Positions 45,238 through 54,731 of a DNA stretch of 64,000 bases are shown here, piece by piece. Origin of the DNA: Saccharolobus islandicus REY15A. Its GTDB lineage: Archaea > Thermoproteota > Thermoprotei_A > Sulfolobales > Sulfolobaceae. The notes beneath the pieces are model-generated. The model saw nothing but the letters and a program-made list of their open reading frames with translations, did not search any database and had not been told where the DNA came from. Position numbers and translations under genes: made by a program. Numbering within the stretch: position 1 is the first letter of the stretch; every line of letters starts with the position of its first letter. The stretch lies in assembly GCF_000189555.1 (NCBI RefSeq), contig NC_017276.1; one strand, written 5' to 3'.

Positions 45238-46380
45238 TCGAGCATAGTCCACACTACTTACGCAAGTGATGAAACCTGCTTTACTCACTAGCGTCAAAGG
45301 GCTTATTATAATACAGCACAGCCCAAGTAATAACAGCCTAGCACAAGCAGTAATCAACTTCTTACCCCTAAGCCTACCCTTATGATCCTCATAAAAACGC
45401 TTAATAATAGGATTAACCTTGATAGCAGTCAAAGCTGCAAGATAGAAAGCCCTCCTCAAAACAGCATCACCCCTCTTAGAAATACCTCTCAATACAACAC
45501 TCTTACCACTAGACTCAACAACCGGGTCAAGACCACAATAAGCAACAAACCTCTTCTTATCACTAAAGCGCCTAATATCACCAACCCTAGCCAAAATAAT
45601 ACAACCCAAGGTTTTACCAATACCCGGAATAGTGAAAATCAAACTATCCTTGGGAACAAAATTCTCAAGCTCCTTCTCAATCTCCCTCTTCCTAGCTTCA
45701 AGCCTCTCCAACTCCTCCAAAAGAAACCTCAGACAACACTATACCATCTCCACTCCTCAAAACCTCCTCCAAATTCTTCCTGGACAGACTATCCCTATAG
45801 CCTAAAAGTACCAAATCCCTCCTCAGCCTATTCTTAACCCTAGCAATACTCCTAGTAACGAAATCCCACTGGCTAGTCAACTCCCTAGCATCACTTGTTG
45901 TAAACCCACTACCCATACTTACAACTATTTCTGCTAGCTTTTTAGCATCATTCTTATCACTCTTCTTACCCCTAAAATCCTTAAACTTCTTGAGAATAAA
46001 GGGATTAATAATCCTAACTCACCCATTAAGTACTTTGCTAGGTTAACGTGGTAAACTCCAGTACTTTCAATACCCACTTTGCAACCCTTAGGCAAAATCT
46101 TCCTTATCTCCTCAAACCCTTGCCTATCATTAGGAAACTCGTAGTATTTACCTTGAAAATACATGATTAATTTATCTTTTGATACATCTATTCCTGCAAC
46201 TGGGGCCTCCATGTATACTCACCCTTATGTTTTATTCGGGCTTCAAGCCCAACTTCCGGTTTGAATTGGAGGCTGCCAAGCTAACAACCGAGCTTTAAGC
46301 CCAAAGAGGTCAACGGCCTACACCCCAGTCAGATCTGTATTACACAGATCTGACTAATATGTTTTATATAAGGAAGTCAG
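45238..46380 (-). mobile_element. IS110-family element (ISC1190-like), frameshifted, downstream end cut by the 1228-bp IS
   Basis: GIDVSK and IESTG DEDD-RuvC motifs, IPGIG, SG.S..RGISKRGD, KRFY in three frames; ~170-bp non-coding end upstream of the ORF. Confidence 0.88.
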
Positions 46381-46436
46381 TTACGGAGACTGTTATTCAT
46401 GTTGTCGAGTAACTTATGATACTATTTCCTAAGTTA

Positions 46437-47141
46437 CTATTCCATCTTCTTTCCTACTACTAATACTCCTATTACTGCCTCACCCTCCTTCAGGTTAAGT
46501 GCCGTATTAAGAATATAGTCATTAAAACCGCCAACGGCACATATACCCAGGCTGAGTGCTGTAGCTACTAGATATAAGTTCTCCATGACTATTCCCGCAT
46601 CAATCAACGCAAACCTCGCACCTCTGTTACCATACTTTACCAAGACTTTCCAATACCTCGTCGTTAAGATGATAAGCAACGGAATTGTATTAATATCTGG
46701 AATAGAACTAACAATATTTGACTTAAGAATTTCTAACTGAATCTCGTTATTAAGCTTCTCTAGAGAGTGATACAACGGATTATAGTGATATACACCTATT
46801 TCCAAGTCGGATATAAAAGGAATTAAATACACCTCGGTCTCTGCTAAACCTCCTGCTGAAGGAAACATTCTATATATAATCTCACTGTCTTTCTTCCTAA
46901 CTCCGACAGAGTAATAAAGTAAGTCAGAAATCGTATGAATGTCTACCTTTTCTTCCTTAAACTTTCTCGTTGAAGACCTAGAAGTGATTACTCTCTGAAA
47001 GTTTTCTCTTATCTCCCTAGGTTTAGGTAGGGATATAACCTTAACCCCTTCATAAACTTTCGGATAATTATCTGGAATTAACGTAAAAGTAAAATTCTGT
47101 GTCTTTAGGTAAAATTCCTCAAATACATCCATCACGACCAC
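46437..47141 (-). CDS. SagB/McbC-type azoline dehydrogenase (FMN nitroreductase fold)
   Basis: SRSSTRKF, PSAGG, YHYNP, Lys-Tyr motif KYGNRG, DAG..MENLYL..GG. Confidence 0.9.
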   Translation of the reverse strand: MVVMDVFEEFYLKTQNFTFTLIPDNYPKVYEGVKVISLPKPREIRENFQRVITSRSSTRKFKEEKVDIHTISDLLYYSVGVRKKDSEIIYRMFPSAGGLAETEVYLIPFISDLEIGVYHYNPLYHSLEKLNNEIQLEILKSNIVSSIPDINTIPLLIILTTRYWKVLVKYGNRGARFALIDAGIVMENLYLVATALSLGICAVGGFNDYILNTALNLKEGEAVIGVLVVGKKME

Positions 47142-48440
47142 CTAAGGGAATGGTACCGGTTCTTCGGTAAATAGTTCAACCTCACTAAGTCCTATCTTCT
47201 TCCTTATAGTATAATATCTCTGGTGACCTAAGAAAGGCATGTCTGGAGTATGGGCTGGGGTTAGGTCAGGAACCATCACCCTAACCAGTTTTCCCCTACC
47301 TATATACTTCTCCACGTTAAAGTCCTTGTAAATTATCTTATATTGGCTTAGTACCTCTCCAATAAGTTCCTTGTAACTTAACGACTCTTCCCTTTCTAGC
47401 TCCTCGTAATTAATGCTTTTAAGGCTGCTTAGATAATTCAACAGAAAGTCTTTCCTAACATACGTGTAGTAAAGCGGGACTAACCAGAAATCAATTAAAA
47501 GATCTGGGGTGAGCTTCTTTGCAAGTTTAACCTCCTCTTCACTTATTTTACTGAAGGACGAAATTGACTGATAAACTTCGTAAATTGCTCTCCTTAACGC
47601 ATTTTCAACAGTTATATCTGCAGACGCACCTCCGACATAAAATCCGTTGATAAAACCTAAACAACCTATGACGAAAAGGCCCTTAAACTCGTTAATAAAG
47701 CGTAAGCAAATAACATCTTCGTTTTCAAGTACTTTATACTTCCTTTTTAGTCTCTCTGGGATCCGTATTCTCAAAGGGCTTATACGTGAAATCCATGAAA
47801 TATTTATTGCATCCCTCTCCAAGTATTCTAACAATCCATGAATAAACGCTTTTTCGAAATCTTCATGATATGATAATCCTCCGGTGGTAGAGTATGCTAT
47901 TAGATCTTCACCGGGCTTTATCAAATCTGTTAAGTAAATTATCTGCGAGGGTACGTAAACTGTTTTATTGTCTTTATAGGATGTAGCTCTGGTAAACGTT
48001 ATAACTGCCTCATCTGAATAGTCCTTGAAAAAGAATAACTTCTTGAGTTGTTCTCTTGAAAAGAACTTGTAACTCGTAGGGAGGATATCAAACTTCTCTT
48101 TTATTTCTGCAACTTTTCCGAAAATAGATGTGTTATCGTCAAAAAAAGTCATATAACCGTAAAATCTTTCTAAGAACTCTCCAATAGCACCCTTAAGACT
48201 CTCTTCCTCTTTTTCCCCCTTACCTCCTGCAGGCACGATATCTTTTAAGTACCTTAAAAGCGGTGTAAATTCAACAGGGAAATTTTTAGTATATCTAGCC
48301 TTAATATATTGAGTAGCTAATTCAGATTCTAACAGCTCATAGTTTACATAGTTTAAAAGTTTTGTAATTATAATATTATCATATTTTTCTATGGTATAAC
48401 CGAAAGCGGGTCCTAAAAATTCATTAATTAAATCTTGCAT
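47142..48440 (-). CDS. ycaO: YcaO cyclodehydratase (D protein)
   Basis: STTGGLS...GLLEYLERDA ATP-binding motifs, GASA, RAIYE; C-terminal PVPFP (PxPxP) typical of azoline-forming YcaOs. Confidence 0.92.
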   Translation of the reverse strand: MQDLINEFLGPAFGYTIEKYDNIIITKLLNYVNYELLESELATQYIKARYTKNFPVEFTPLLRYLKDIVPAGGKGEKEEESLKGAIGEFLERFYGYMTFFDDNTSIFGKVAEIKEKFDILPTSYKFFSREQLKKLFFFKDYSDEAVITFTRATSYKDNKTVYVPSQIIYLTDLIKPGEDLIAYSTTGGLSYHEDFEKAFIHGLLEYLERDAINISWISRISPLRIRIPERLKRKYKVLENEDVICLRFINEFKGLFVIGCLGFINGFYVGGASADITVENALRRAIYEVYQSISSFSKISEEEVKLAKKLTPDLLIDFWLVPLYYTYVRKDFLLNYLSSLKSINYEELEREESLSYKELIGEVLSQYKIIYKDFNVEKYIGRGKLVRVMVPDLTPAHTPDMPFLGHQRYYTIRKKIGLSEVELFTEEPVPFP

Positions 48441-49098
48441 TTAGGGCACCCTGGAATCTTTAATGGTGTATTTATTATTAATTCCCCCTCCATTACGTCT
48501 ACATATACTAATTTACCGCCAAATTTGTCGCTGTTAAAAAGCATCTTAGAAAATCCCAATAATAACAACTCTGAGAAATCACTTAGGGCAGGTGTAGCTT
48601 CTTTTATCATAACGCCATCAACTTTTACATCCAGAATTAACCTAGAATTCTTTAGCCATAAGTATATCTCATACATACAAGGGATGGCTTTCTTATTGAC
48701 AACGTATATGAAAAACCTATAGGGATCCATTATGTACGCTATAAGGACTTTTTTAAACCTTGTTAAGTCAATTGGCTGACTGACGAGAAAGTGAATACTA
48801 CTCGAGACAATTAATACCTTTTCGTTCTCTGGCACCTCTTCAATTGAATTAAAGACATTAACGAACTGCGGATAATGAAATCTTATTCTATTAATTACTG
48901 CATTTATTTTCTCCTCCTTTTCCGGTACTAACATTCTAATTTCTTTCAACTCCTCCGTGTTTAATGACATTAAGTTGTTAAATTCATCTTCACTAAACTC
49001 TATTAAACCTGAAGCTTCCGAATATGCAAGATACTTATTATAATTTTTAAATATTAAAAAAAAAAGGTGATATGGTTAGGGTAGGATGCATAGTACAT
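48428..49098 (-). CDS. E1/ThiF-like cyclodehydratase partner (C protein); true start probably ATG 49098, interrupted by an A10 homopolymer frameshift
   Basis: C-terminal KIPGCPKC; overlaps the ycaO start; ATG 49098 has a GAGGT SD and joins the 48970 frame if the T10 run is read as T11. Confidence 0.7.
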
Positions 49099-49102
49099 GA
49101 CC

Positions 49103-49210
49103 TCATTTTTTCCCCAACCAACAACCTATCCAACAGCCAATCCAACTAAAAACTACTTTATTATCTCTGCTTATTTCTATCGCCTTTCTATAGGTGTAAT
49201 CTATCTGCAC
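49103..49210 (-). CDS. Candidate RiPP precursor 1: (M)QIDYTYRKAIEISRDNKVVFSWIGCWIGCWLGKK (alternative ATG 49258 gives 51 aa)
   Basis: Hand-translated; directly upstream of and co-oriented with the C-YcaO-B genes; GCW repeats. Confidence 0.7.
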   Translation of the reverse strand: MQIDYTYRKAIEISRDNKVVFSWIGCWIGCWLGKK

Positions 49211-49310
49211 GTTCTTTCCCCATTCTTTTTCCCCACTTTCTAAAATAAAAATAAACATTATAGTTAAAACTTTTTAACAGTATACACTATTAATATTATT
49301 ATTAGAGTAT

Positions 49311-49973
49311 TTGAGTAGATTGATGAAGAGTCTTTTAACTTACTTTCTCAAACAATTAATATTTAGCGAACCGGCTGTTTACAATATTTTGTTAGGCTTT
49401 ATTATAGCCTTAATTATTTCAAGTACTACAAAATTTGATATTAGCTTAAATGTCTCTGAAAATCTAATACTTAGTATACTTTCAGTTGGGGTGAGTTTTA
49501 TATTTCTTTACAACTTTTCTTCTCTTCTATTCTTTATTAAGTTCGGAAGATTAAGATTGGGATTATACTTAATATTACTTTACCTTTCTGGGGAAATAGC
49601 AGCGCTATTTTACACGTTGTTGTTTATTATCTTATACCGCTTCCTTTTTAGTAATCCTGCGACTTTTAGTATTCCATATTTTCTCATTATGACCCTTTTA
49701 TTGTTTCTATTTTTAGTATCCATTTCCACGTTTTTATCGTTTATACTGACTAATGGAAGGCTGGACTGCCCTATAATTATGACAATTTACCCTATAATAG
49801 TTGTACCAACATTTATATTCTCCTTTTACAAGAGTGAGATAAATCCTCTTTGGATATTTGGGATGGTGAGTGAAAATATTTCAATTCCTCTTACCTTAGG
49901 CATTATTTTCTTGGTATCTCCAATCATTTTCATATATTTGCTAATATTTTTGATAAAAAAGTTTCTAAGCTAG
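49311..49973 (+). CDS. ABC-2-like permease / membrane protein
   Basis: Six hydrophobic segments; inside the RiPP locus. Confidence 0.7.
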   Translation: MSRLMKSLLTYFLKQLIFSEPAVYNILLGFIIALIISSTTKFDISLNVSENLILSILSVGVSFIFLYNFSSLLFFIKFGRLRLGLYLILLYLSGEIAALFYTLLFIILYRFLFSNPATFSIPYFLIMTLLLFLFLVSISTFLSFILTNGRLDCPIIMTIYPIIVVPTFIFSFYKSEINPLWIFGMVSENISIPLTLGIIFLVSPIIFIYLLIFLIKKFLS

Positions 49974-49974
49974 C

Positions 49975-50076
49975 TCATATTTTCTTGCAGCAACACCAGC
50001 AACCAAACCAGCAACCAAGCATTATCGGATTAATTTCGGTTAGATCTTTTGATTTTCTATTGGTACTTACTATCAC
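49975..50076 (-). CDS. Candidate RiPP precursor 2: MIVSTNRKSKDLTEINPIMLGCWFGCWCCCKKI
   Basis: Hand-translated; GGTGA SD 9 nt upstream of GTG; GCWxGCW core plus CCC. Confidence 0.75.
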   Translation of the reverse strand: MIVSTNRKSKDLTEINPIMLGCWFGCWCCCKKI

Positions 50077-50187
50077 CAATTTTTATCACCTTTACTACGT
50101 TAGTAAATTATAATTAAAAAGAATTTGCTTGGTTAATGAGTTTTAACTCTATTCATCGTTTTTATTACTTTTTACGGGATTTAAATT

Positions 50188-50925
50188 ATGGAATTAGAGA
50201 AATCTATGATAAAGAGGTTTTCGTTCTCACCAGCTGCAATATCTTATTTACTCGGAATGATGTTACTGGACTCATTAGGACTTTATTTTGCATTAAATAG
50301 TATTAGAAACATAGATGCAGGAATAATATGGTACAGTGTTGCGATATTACTGTTGGTAGCTAGCTTATCAACAGGTTTTAGCATTACATTAATCTACCAG
50401 TCCTCTGCATTAGCTTACTATGTAAGATTTAGTAGACTTAAAATGTCTAACTACATCCTGAGTTTATTCATAGGTTCACTGATCTCTGCGACTATATACT
50501 CGGTAACTTTCGCAGCTCTCATTACACCATTAATAACTAAACTAACACTTGACCATTTTTACGAAATTATCAGGCTTGATAATATTTTACCCTTCATAGC
50601 CTCAGCTCTAATCTCAAGTCTCTTCATTCTATCCTTAACCTTTACAATCATTGCAACATTACTGGTTAAGGTTGGGGCTAAAGCGTCAAACTATGCTTAC
50701 TACATCTTCTTTGTGTTGTTAGCAATTTCAGACCTCTCGCCTTCAGCCTCATCGTCACTTAACCCCTTCTACGAAGCTGAAAATATAATTTCGTACTCCC
50801 TCATCCACGATAGCATAAGTATTTACTCCATTGAAGTAGCATTACTGGCGATAGTCTTATTGTTATTAGGGAATTGGATTTTGAAGAAGATCAAGGCACT
50901 AAGACTGGAAGAGGTTGTGTGGTAA
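50188..50925 (+). CDS. ABC-2-like permease
   Basis: Six TM segments; stop overlaps the ATPase start. Confidence 0.75.
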   Translation: MELEKSMIKRFSFSPAAISYLLGMMLLDSLGLYFALNSIRNIDAGIIWYSVAILLLVASLSTGFSITLIYQSSALAYYVRFSRLKMSNYILSLFIGSLISATIYSVTFAALITPLITKLTLDHFYEIIRLDNILPFIASALISSLFILSLTFTIIATLLVKVGAKASNYAYYIFFVLLAISDLSPSASSSLNPFYEAENIISYSLIHDSISIYSIEVALLAIVLLLLGNWILKKIKALRLEEVVW

Positions 50926-51557
50926 TGTTGGAGATTAAAGATTTATCTATCAATTTCGAGGACTTTACGATCTTAAAAAACATTAACTTAAAACTTGAAA
51001 ATCAAGTGTGTGTAATACTGGGTCCTAATGGTTCCGGAAAAACTACCTTGCTAAGAGCTATATCTGGAATAATTCCATACAAGGGTTCGATAAAGATAAA
51101 CGGTAAGGAGGTTAGGAGTGCTAAGAGGATTTTAGAATACTCCACAAATCTTCAAGAGGTATACACTATAGGTAACTCCGCATGGGATACTGCGAAAATA
51201 ATAGCGGAGATTAAGGGCGGAGATTTAAAAGAATTCACAAACATCTTAAGCTATCTGGACGTAGACAGAAAGGTGATACACAAGCCTATTTATAAGATGT
51301 CTACTGGACAGAGGAGTTTAGTATCGTTAGCATTGGCACTTTTTATGAAGCCTCAAATAGTTACTATCGACGAGCCGATAGAGAATGTGGACGTCAATAG
51401 GAGGGATAGGGTGATATCGTTATTACGTGAAAGAGTGAATGAGGGTTTAATTGTAACACACCAGAAGGAGTTAATCAAGATGTTAGAGAATAATAAAAAG
51501 GAAGTGATAATTTATACGATAGTTAACGGTGAGCTTGTTGAAGGTGATAAAATGTAA
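50925..51557 (+). CDS. ABC transporter ATP-binding protein (start ATG 50925)
   Basis: GPNGSGKT, MSTGQ signature, IDEP, TH. Confidence 0.9.
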   Translation: MLEIKDLSINFEDFTILKNINLKLENQVCVILGPNGSGKTTLLRAISGIIPYKGSIKINGKEVRSAKRILEYSTNLQEVYTIGNSAWDTAKIIAEIKGGDLKEFTNILSYLDVDRKVIHKPIYKMSTGQRSLVSLALALFMKPQIVTIDEPIENVDVNRRDRVISLLRERVNEGLIVTHQKELIKMLENNKKEVIIYTIVNGELVEGDKM

Positions 51558-51651
51558 TAGGAAAGCGAGGGGAAGAAAAGATGTATATATTGCATGCTGG
51601 GTTGGTTGCTGGTTCAGTTGTTGGACTTCGAGTGAGGTTAAAAAATCTTAA
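51544..51651 (+). CDS. Candidate RiPP precursor 3: MIKCNRKARGRKDVYIACWVGCWFSCWTSSEVKKS
   Basis: Hand-translated; shares NRK leader motif, xCW repeats and C-terminal KK with the other two; overlaps the ORF-track ORF 51581 in another frame. Confidence 0.6.
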   Translation: MIKCNRKARGRKDVYIACWVGCWFSCWTSSEVKKS

Positions 51652-52306
51652 CTATAATCTAAGTTTAAATCCATTGTCAGGAAAATTAGTAAAGGGTGAA
51701 AGAATTATTAGTAAAGAAATAGATGTTCAGAAATCCGTAGAAATAAGCGAGAAGCTTTATCATCGTGTTATGCTTAATGCATCAAAGACAATATTAGATT
51801 TCATAGGGCTTGGAAGTCTTACTACTTTTTTATTAACAAGCCTTATCTCAAACCCTCTTACTTTTAACATTAGCATAATAGTCTTTTCCACCATATACGT
51901 GTTTATCTCTTGGAGGATGAGTAGGTTTGTATATCCATTTATTAAGACATTTAACTCTCACAAATCTTCGTTAATTGTCAAAAAATTTCCCTTACTTGTT
52001 AAGCTAACCTACACACTTTCGCTCATAATACTTTACGTCCTATTTCTACTCTCATTTCGAATTCACTTCCTATCTAATTTACCAATTTTTCTTGTAGGTG
52101 CATACATATCTTTCATTGGGAGTCAGTTAATTACTACCATAAGATTTCTGAAAGAGAACTCTATAGAGTACGTTCTAGTTACATCTTATATTCTTTCAGG
52201 AGTAGCTATCATAATATCTCCTTTCCATATAATAACCCTCTTAATCCCGCCACTATCAGCCTTTTTGTACAAATTGATAAGGGGGCTGAGGAATGGAGCT
52301 AGATAA
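51581..52306 (+). CDS. Polytopic membrane protein (possible immunity factor); real start may be downstream, e.g. ATG 51770
   Basis: About six TM segments in the C-terminal 180 aa; 5' part overlaps candidate precursor 3. Confidence 0.6.
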   Translation: MYILHAGLVAGSVVGLRVRLKNLNYNLSLNPLSGKLVKGERIISKEIDVQKSVEISEKLYHRVMLNASKTILDFIGLGSLTTFLLTSLISNPLTFNISIIVFSTIYVFISWRMSRFVYPFIKTFNSHKSSLIVKKFPLLVKLTYTLSLIILYVLFLLSFRIHFLSNLPIFLVGAYISFIGSQLITTIRFLKENSIEYVLVTSYILSGVAIIISPFHIITLLIPPLSAFLYKLIRGLRNGAR

Positions 52307-52589
52307 ATTAATAAAACTGTTGAAGGATAATAAGGAGTTAAATGTTGGAGTTAGGTTAGGGATTCTACTAGGTCTTTATTATACTAGGTCTGCATGGTTT
52401 AAGGAATTGTTAGAAGCCACCAGGTTAAATAAGGCTGAACTGTATCAGCATCTTAAGATCTTGCATAAGAGTGGATACGTAGAGATTAAATATATCCCTA
52501 CAGTTGAAGGTAAGAGGTTGAAGGTTTTTATAACTAAAAAGGGCGATGAATTAATAAAGCAAGTCGTTGAACTATTAAGGGAGAAGTAA
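52293..52589 (+). CDS. Winged-HTH transcriptional regulator (ArsR/MarR-like)
   Basis: FKELLEAT.LNKAELYQHLKIL..GYV...ITKKG pattern. Confidence 0.85.
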   Translation: MELDKLIKLLKDNKELNVGVRLGILLGLYYTRSAWFKELLEATRLNKAELYQHLKILHKSGYVEIKYIPTVEGKRLKVFITKKGDELIKQVVELLREK

Positions 52590-52730
52590 TTTTATCGTTT
52601 TAAGGAGTTTTAACCTTATGGGAGCAAAGGAAGAGGAAAGCCCTGCCTTTTAGGGCTAAAGGAAAGTCAGTGTAGATCTAAACGGTAACTTTTCTAAAAA
52701 TTTTAATAATTAATTATCTTATTTCAATCC

Positions 52731-53308
52731 ATAATTAAGATAGAAGAAATTACAAAGTACTTTGGAAAAAGAAAAGTTCTTGATAATGTCACTTTCACAG
52801 TTAATGATGGGAAATCGTTGGATTTGTTGGACTGAATGGTGCAGGGAAAACCACGACTATCAGGATCATTGTTGGAACAATAGAACCCAACTCAGGCGAT
52901 GTATTTATAGACGGTTATAGTATAACAAAAGGAACGCTTCAAAAGAAGTAGGCTGGGTACCAGAACTACCGATATTCGAATTAGATGCTAGAGCGCTTGA
53001 CTATTTCATCTACATAGCAGGATATTACGGTATAGGGAATAAAGAAGCTAAGGAAATGGGAATGAAGCTATTTGAAGAAGTGGGACTGTTGGGTAGGGAG
53101 AATGACAATCTCAAAAGTTATTCCCAGGGTATGAAAAAAAGGTTTGCCCTCGCTGTTTCCCTCATATCTAATCCAAAAAATTTTGTGTTCGACGAAGTAC
53201 TTAACGGCTTGGATCCACAAGGGATACAGTTCTTTAGAAATTTAGCACTTAAGATGAAAAAGAAGGGAAGGCTGTACTCTTCTCCTCTCATATCCTCTCT
53301 GAAGTCGA
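52731..53308 (+). pseudogene. ABC ATPase pseudogene (frameshifts; cut by IS)
   Basis: GLNGAGKTT, YSQGMKKR and FDE in different frames; SH-loop region abuts IS copy 2. Confidence 0.8.
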
Positions 53309-54536
53309 GAGAATGTCCGGAATGTAATTATCTGAATGAATATATAAATGGAATGATAAATATTAATATTATCAGAAGTATAAAACCTGGTTAATCTGGA
53401 AAAACTTGATCATGGAAAAATATCAAGTTAAGAAGATTTATTTGTCATGCATGGTGATGCTTGAGTGCGTGATGACGTTTCTTAGAGTTGAACTATTCGA
53501 CGTCCTGGAGGGGTTCTCCGTTGGACGGCTAGGAACATCCTGATATTGTAGAAGACTCCCAGGACGTGGAGGAAGGCTTCGTTCCTCCACACCGTGGTCC
53601 CATAGGGCCTCCAGAACTTGTACAGGAAGGTACCGAAGAACTCCACGTGGGCCCTCAGAGTCGTGAAAGGTTTCTCCATAGCTATGAGCTGGGTTGGGGA
53701 GGGCGAGAAACCCCTGTCAGCTATCTTAATCCCCTTGAGCGGGGACTTAAATCTCTCATCCGAGAAGTTGGCAGGCTTCACCGTGATGGACCTTACGAAG
53801 AGGGAAGTGGAGATAACTATTAGGGCCTTCAGCCCGAAGTGAGAGACTCCCCTCTTCTTGGTCCACTTCCCCTTGAATCTCCTCTTAGTTCTCCCCAAGG
53901 AGAGCAGCTTCTTGGCCTTCTTCAAGTTACCTTCCTTCTTCTCCAGCTCTGCCTTCTCTCGGAAGGTCTCCACGCTCCTCTTCCCAAAAGGTAAGTCTAG
54001 AAGGAAGGAGTCAACGAGCCACGCAATGAAGTCCAGGAAGTGGGCACTGGCAGGGAGGTAACTGGGTAGGCACTTCTCCTCAAGCTTGAAGGAAATTTCC
54101 AGCAACTTCTTCCTTACTTCGTATACTCTTCCCACGAAATCGTGTAATGTGCTCTTGCCCACTTTCCTCCCAACGAACCACGCCACAACGACGTTCACGT
54201 TGACCATCTTTACCGCGTCTCTATAGGAACAGGAGTAGAGTACCATGACGATTAGTAACTTCAGGTAAATCAGAGTGCCTTCTCCTAGAACTCTTTCTAA
54301 ATCTAGGGTGTCTAGCACGGGTTTGATATCCGTTAACCATTTTTCCCTCCACGGCATATCCTCTCTTGGGGGGAGAGAATAGTACACTAAGTTTGGGATG
54401 CGTCTTAGTGTACGTGCCATGGTACTACTCTCTCCTCCCATAACTTAAGTATTACTACAATTTAATCCAAGATAATGCTAAGAATCAATTTATTCTCAAA
54501 AATTAAAATTCAGTTTTTTACATTCCGGACACTCTC
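53309..54536 (-). mobile_element. 1228-bp IS (IS5-like), copy 2; intact 319-aa transposase (53482-54441)
   Basis: Same 19-bp TIRs; flanked by 4-bp TSD TCGA; near-identical to 44010-45237. Confidence 0.9.
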
Positions 54537-54731
54537 TCGATTGTGATTGAGATAAAATGGGAATGAAAGTGTAGGGACAAACAGTTTAACAAATTATGAC
54601 CGTTATTGCTGAGGCTCCTCGCCCAAGATTTCGTTTACATTCTCCCTTAACAACTTAAATGTTATGTTAAACAATTCTGGATTGCCGATAAAAGGGATAG
54701 TTATATTAAATTCGCAAGTGATTATAATTAG

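Noticed and set aside
49072-49149. Plus-strand 25-aa ORF MVRVGCIVHDLIFSPTNNLSNSQSN with a GGTGAT SD
   Set aside because: It is antisense to precursor 1 and to the extended C-protein start, which have stronger contextual support; no similarity to the other peptides.
51581-52306. CAAX/Abi-type leader protease or immunity protein for the RiPP
   Set aside because: The EExxxR, FxxxH and HxxxN motifs are not present.
44010-54536. Bona fide composite transposon inserted as one unit
   Set aside because: Outer flanks (ACCT vs TCGA) are not a duplication, and copy 2 has its own TSD, so the insertions look independent.
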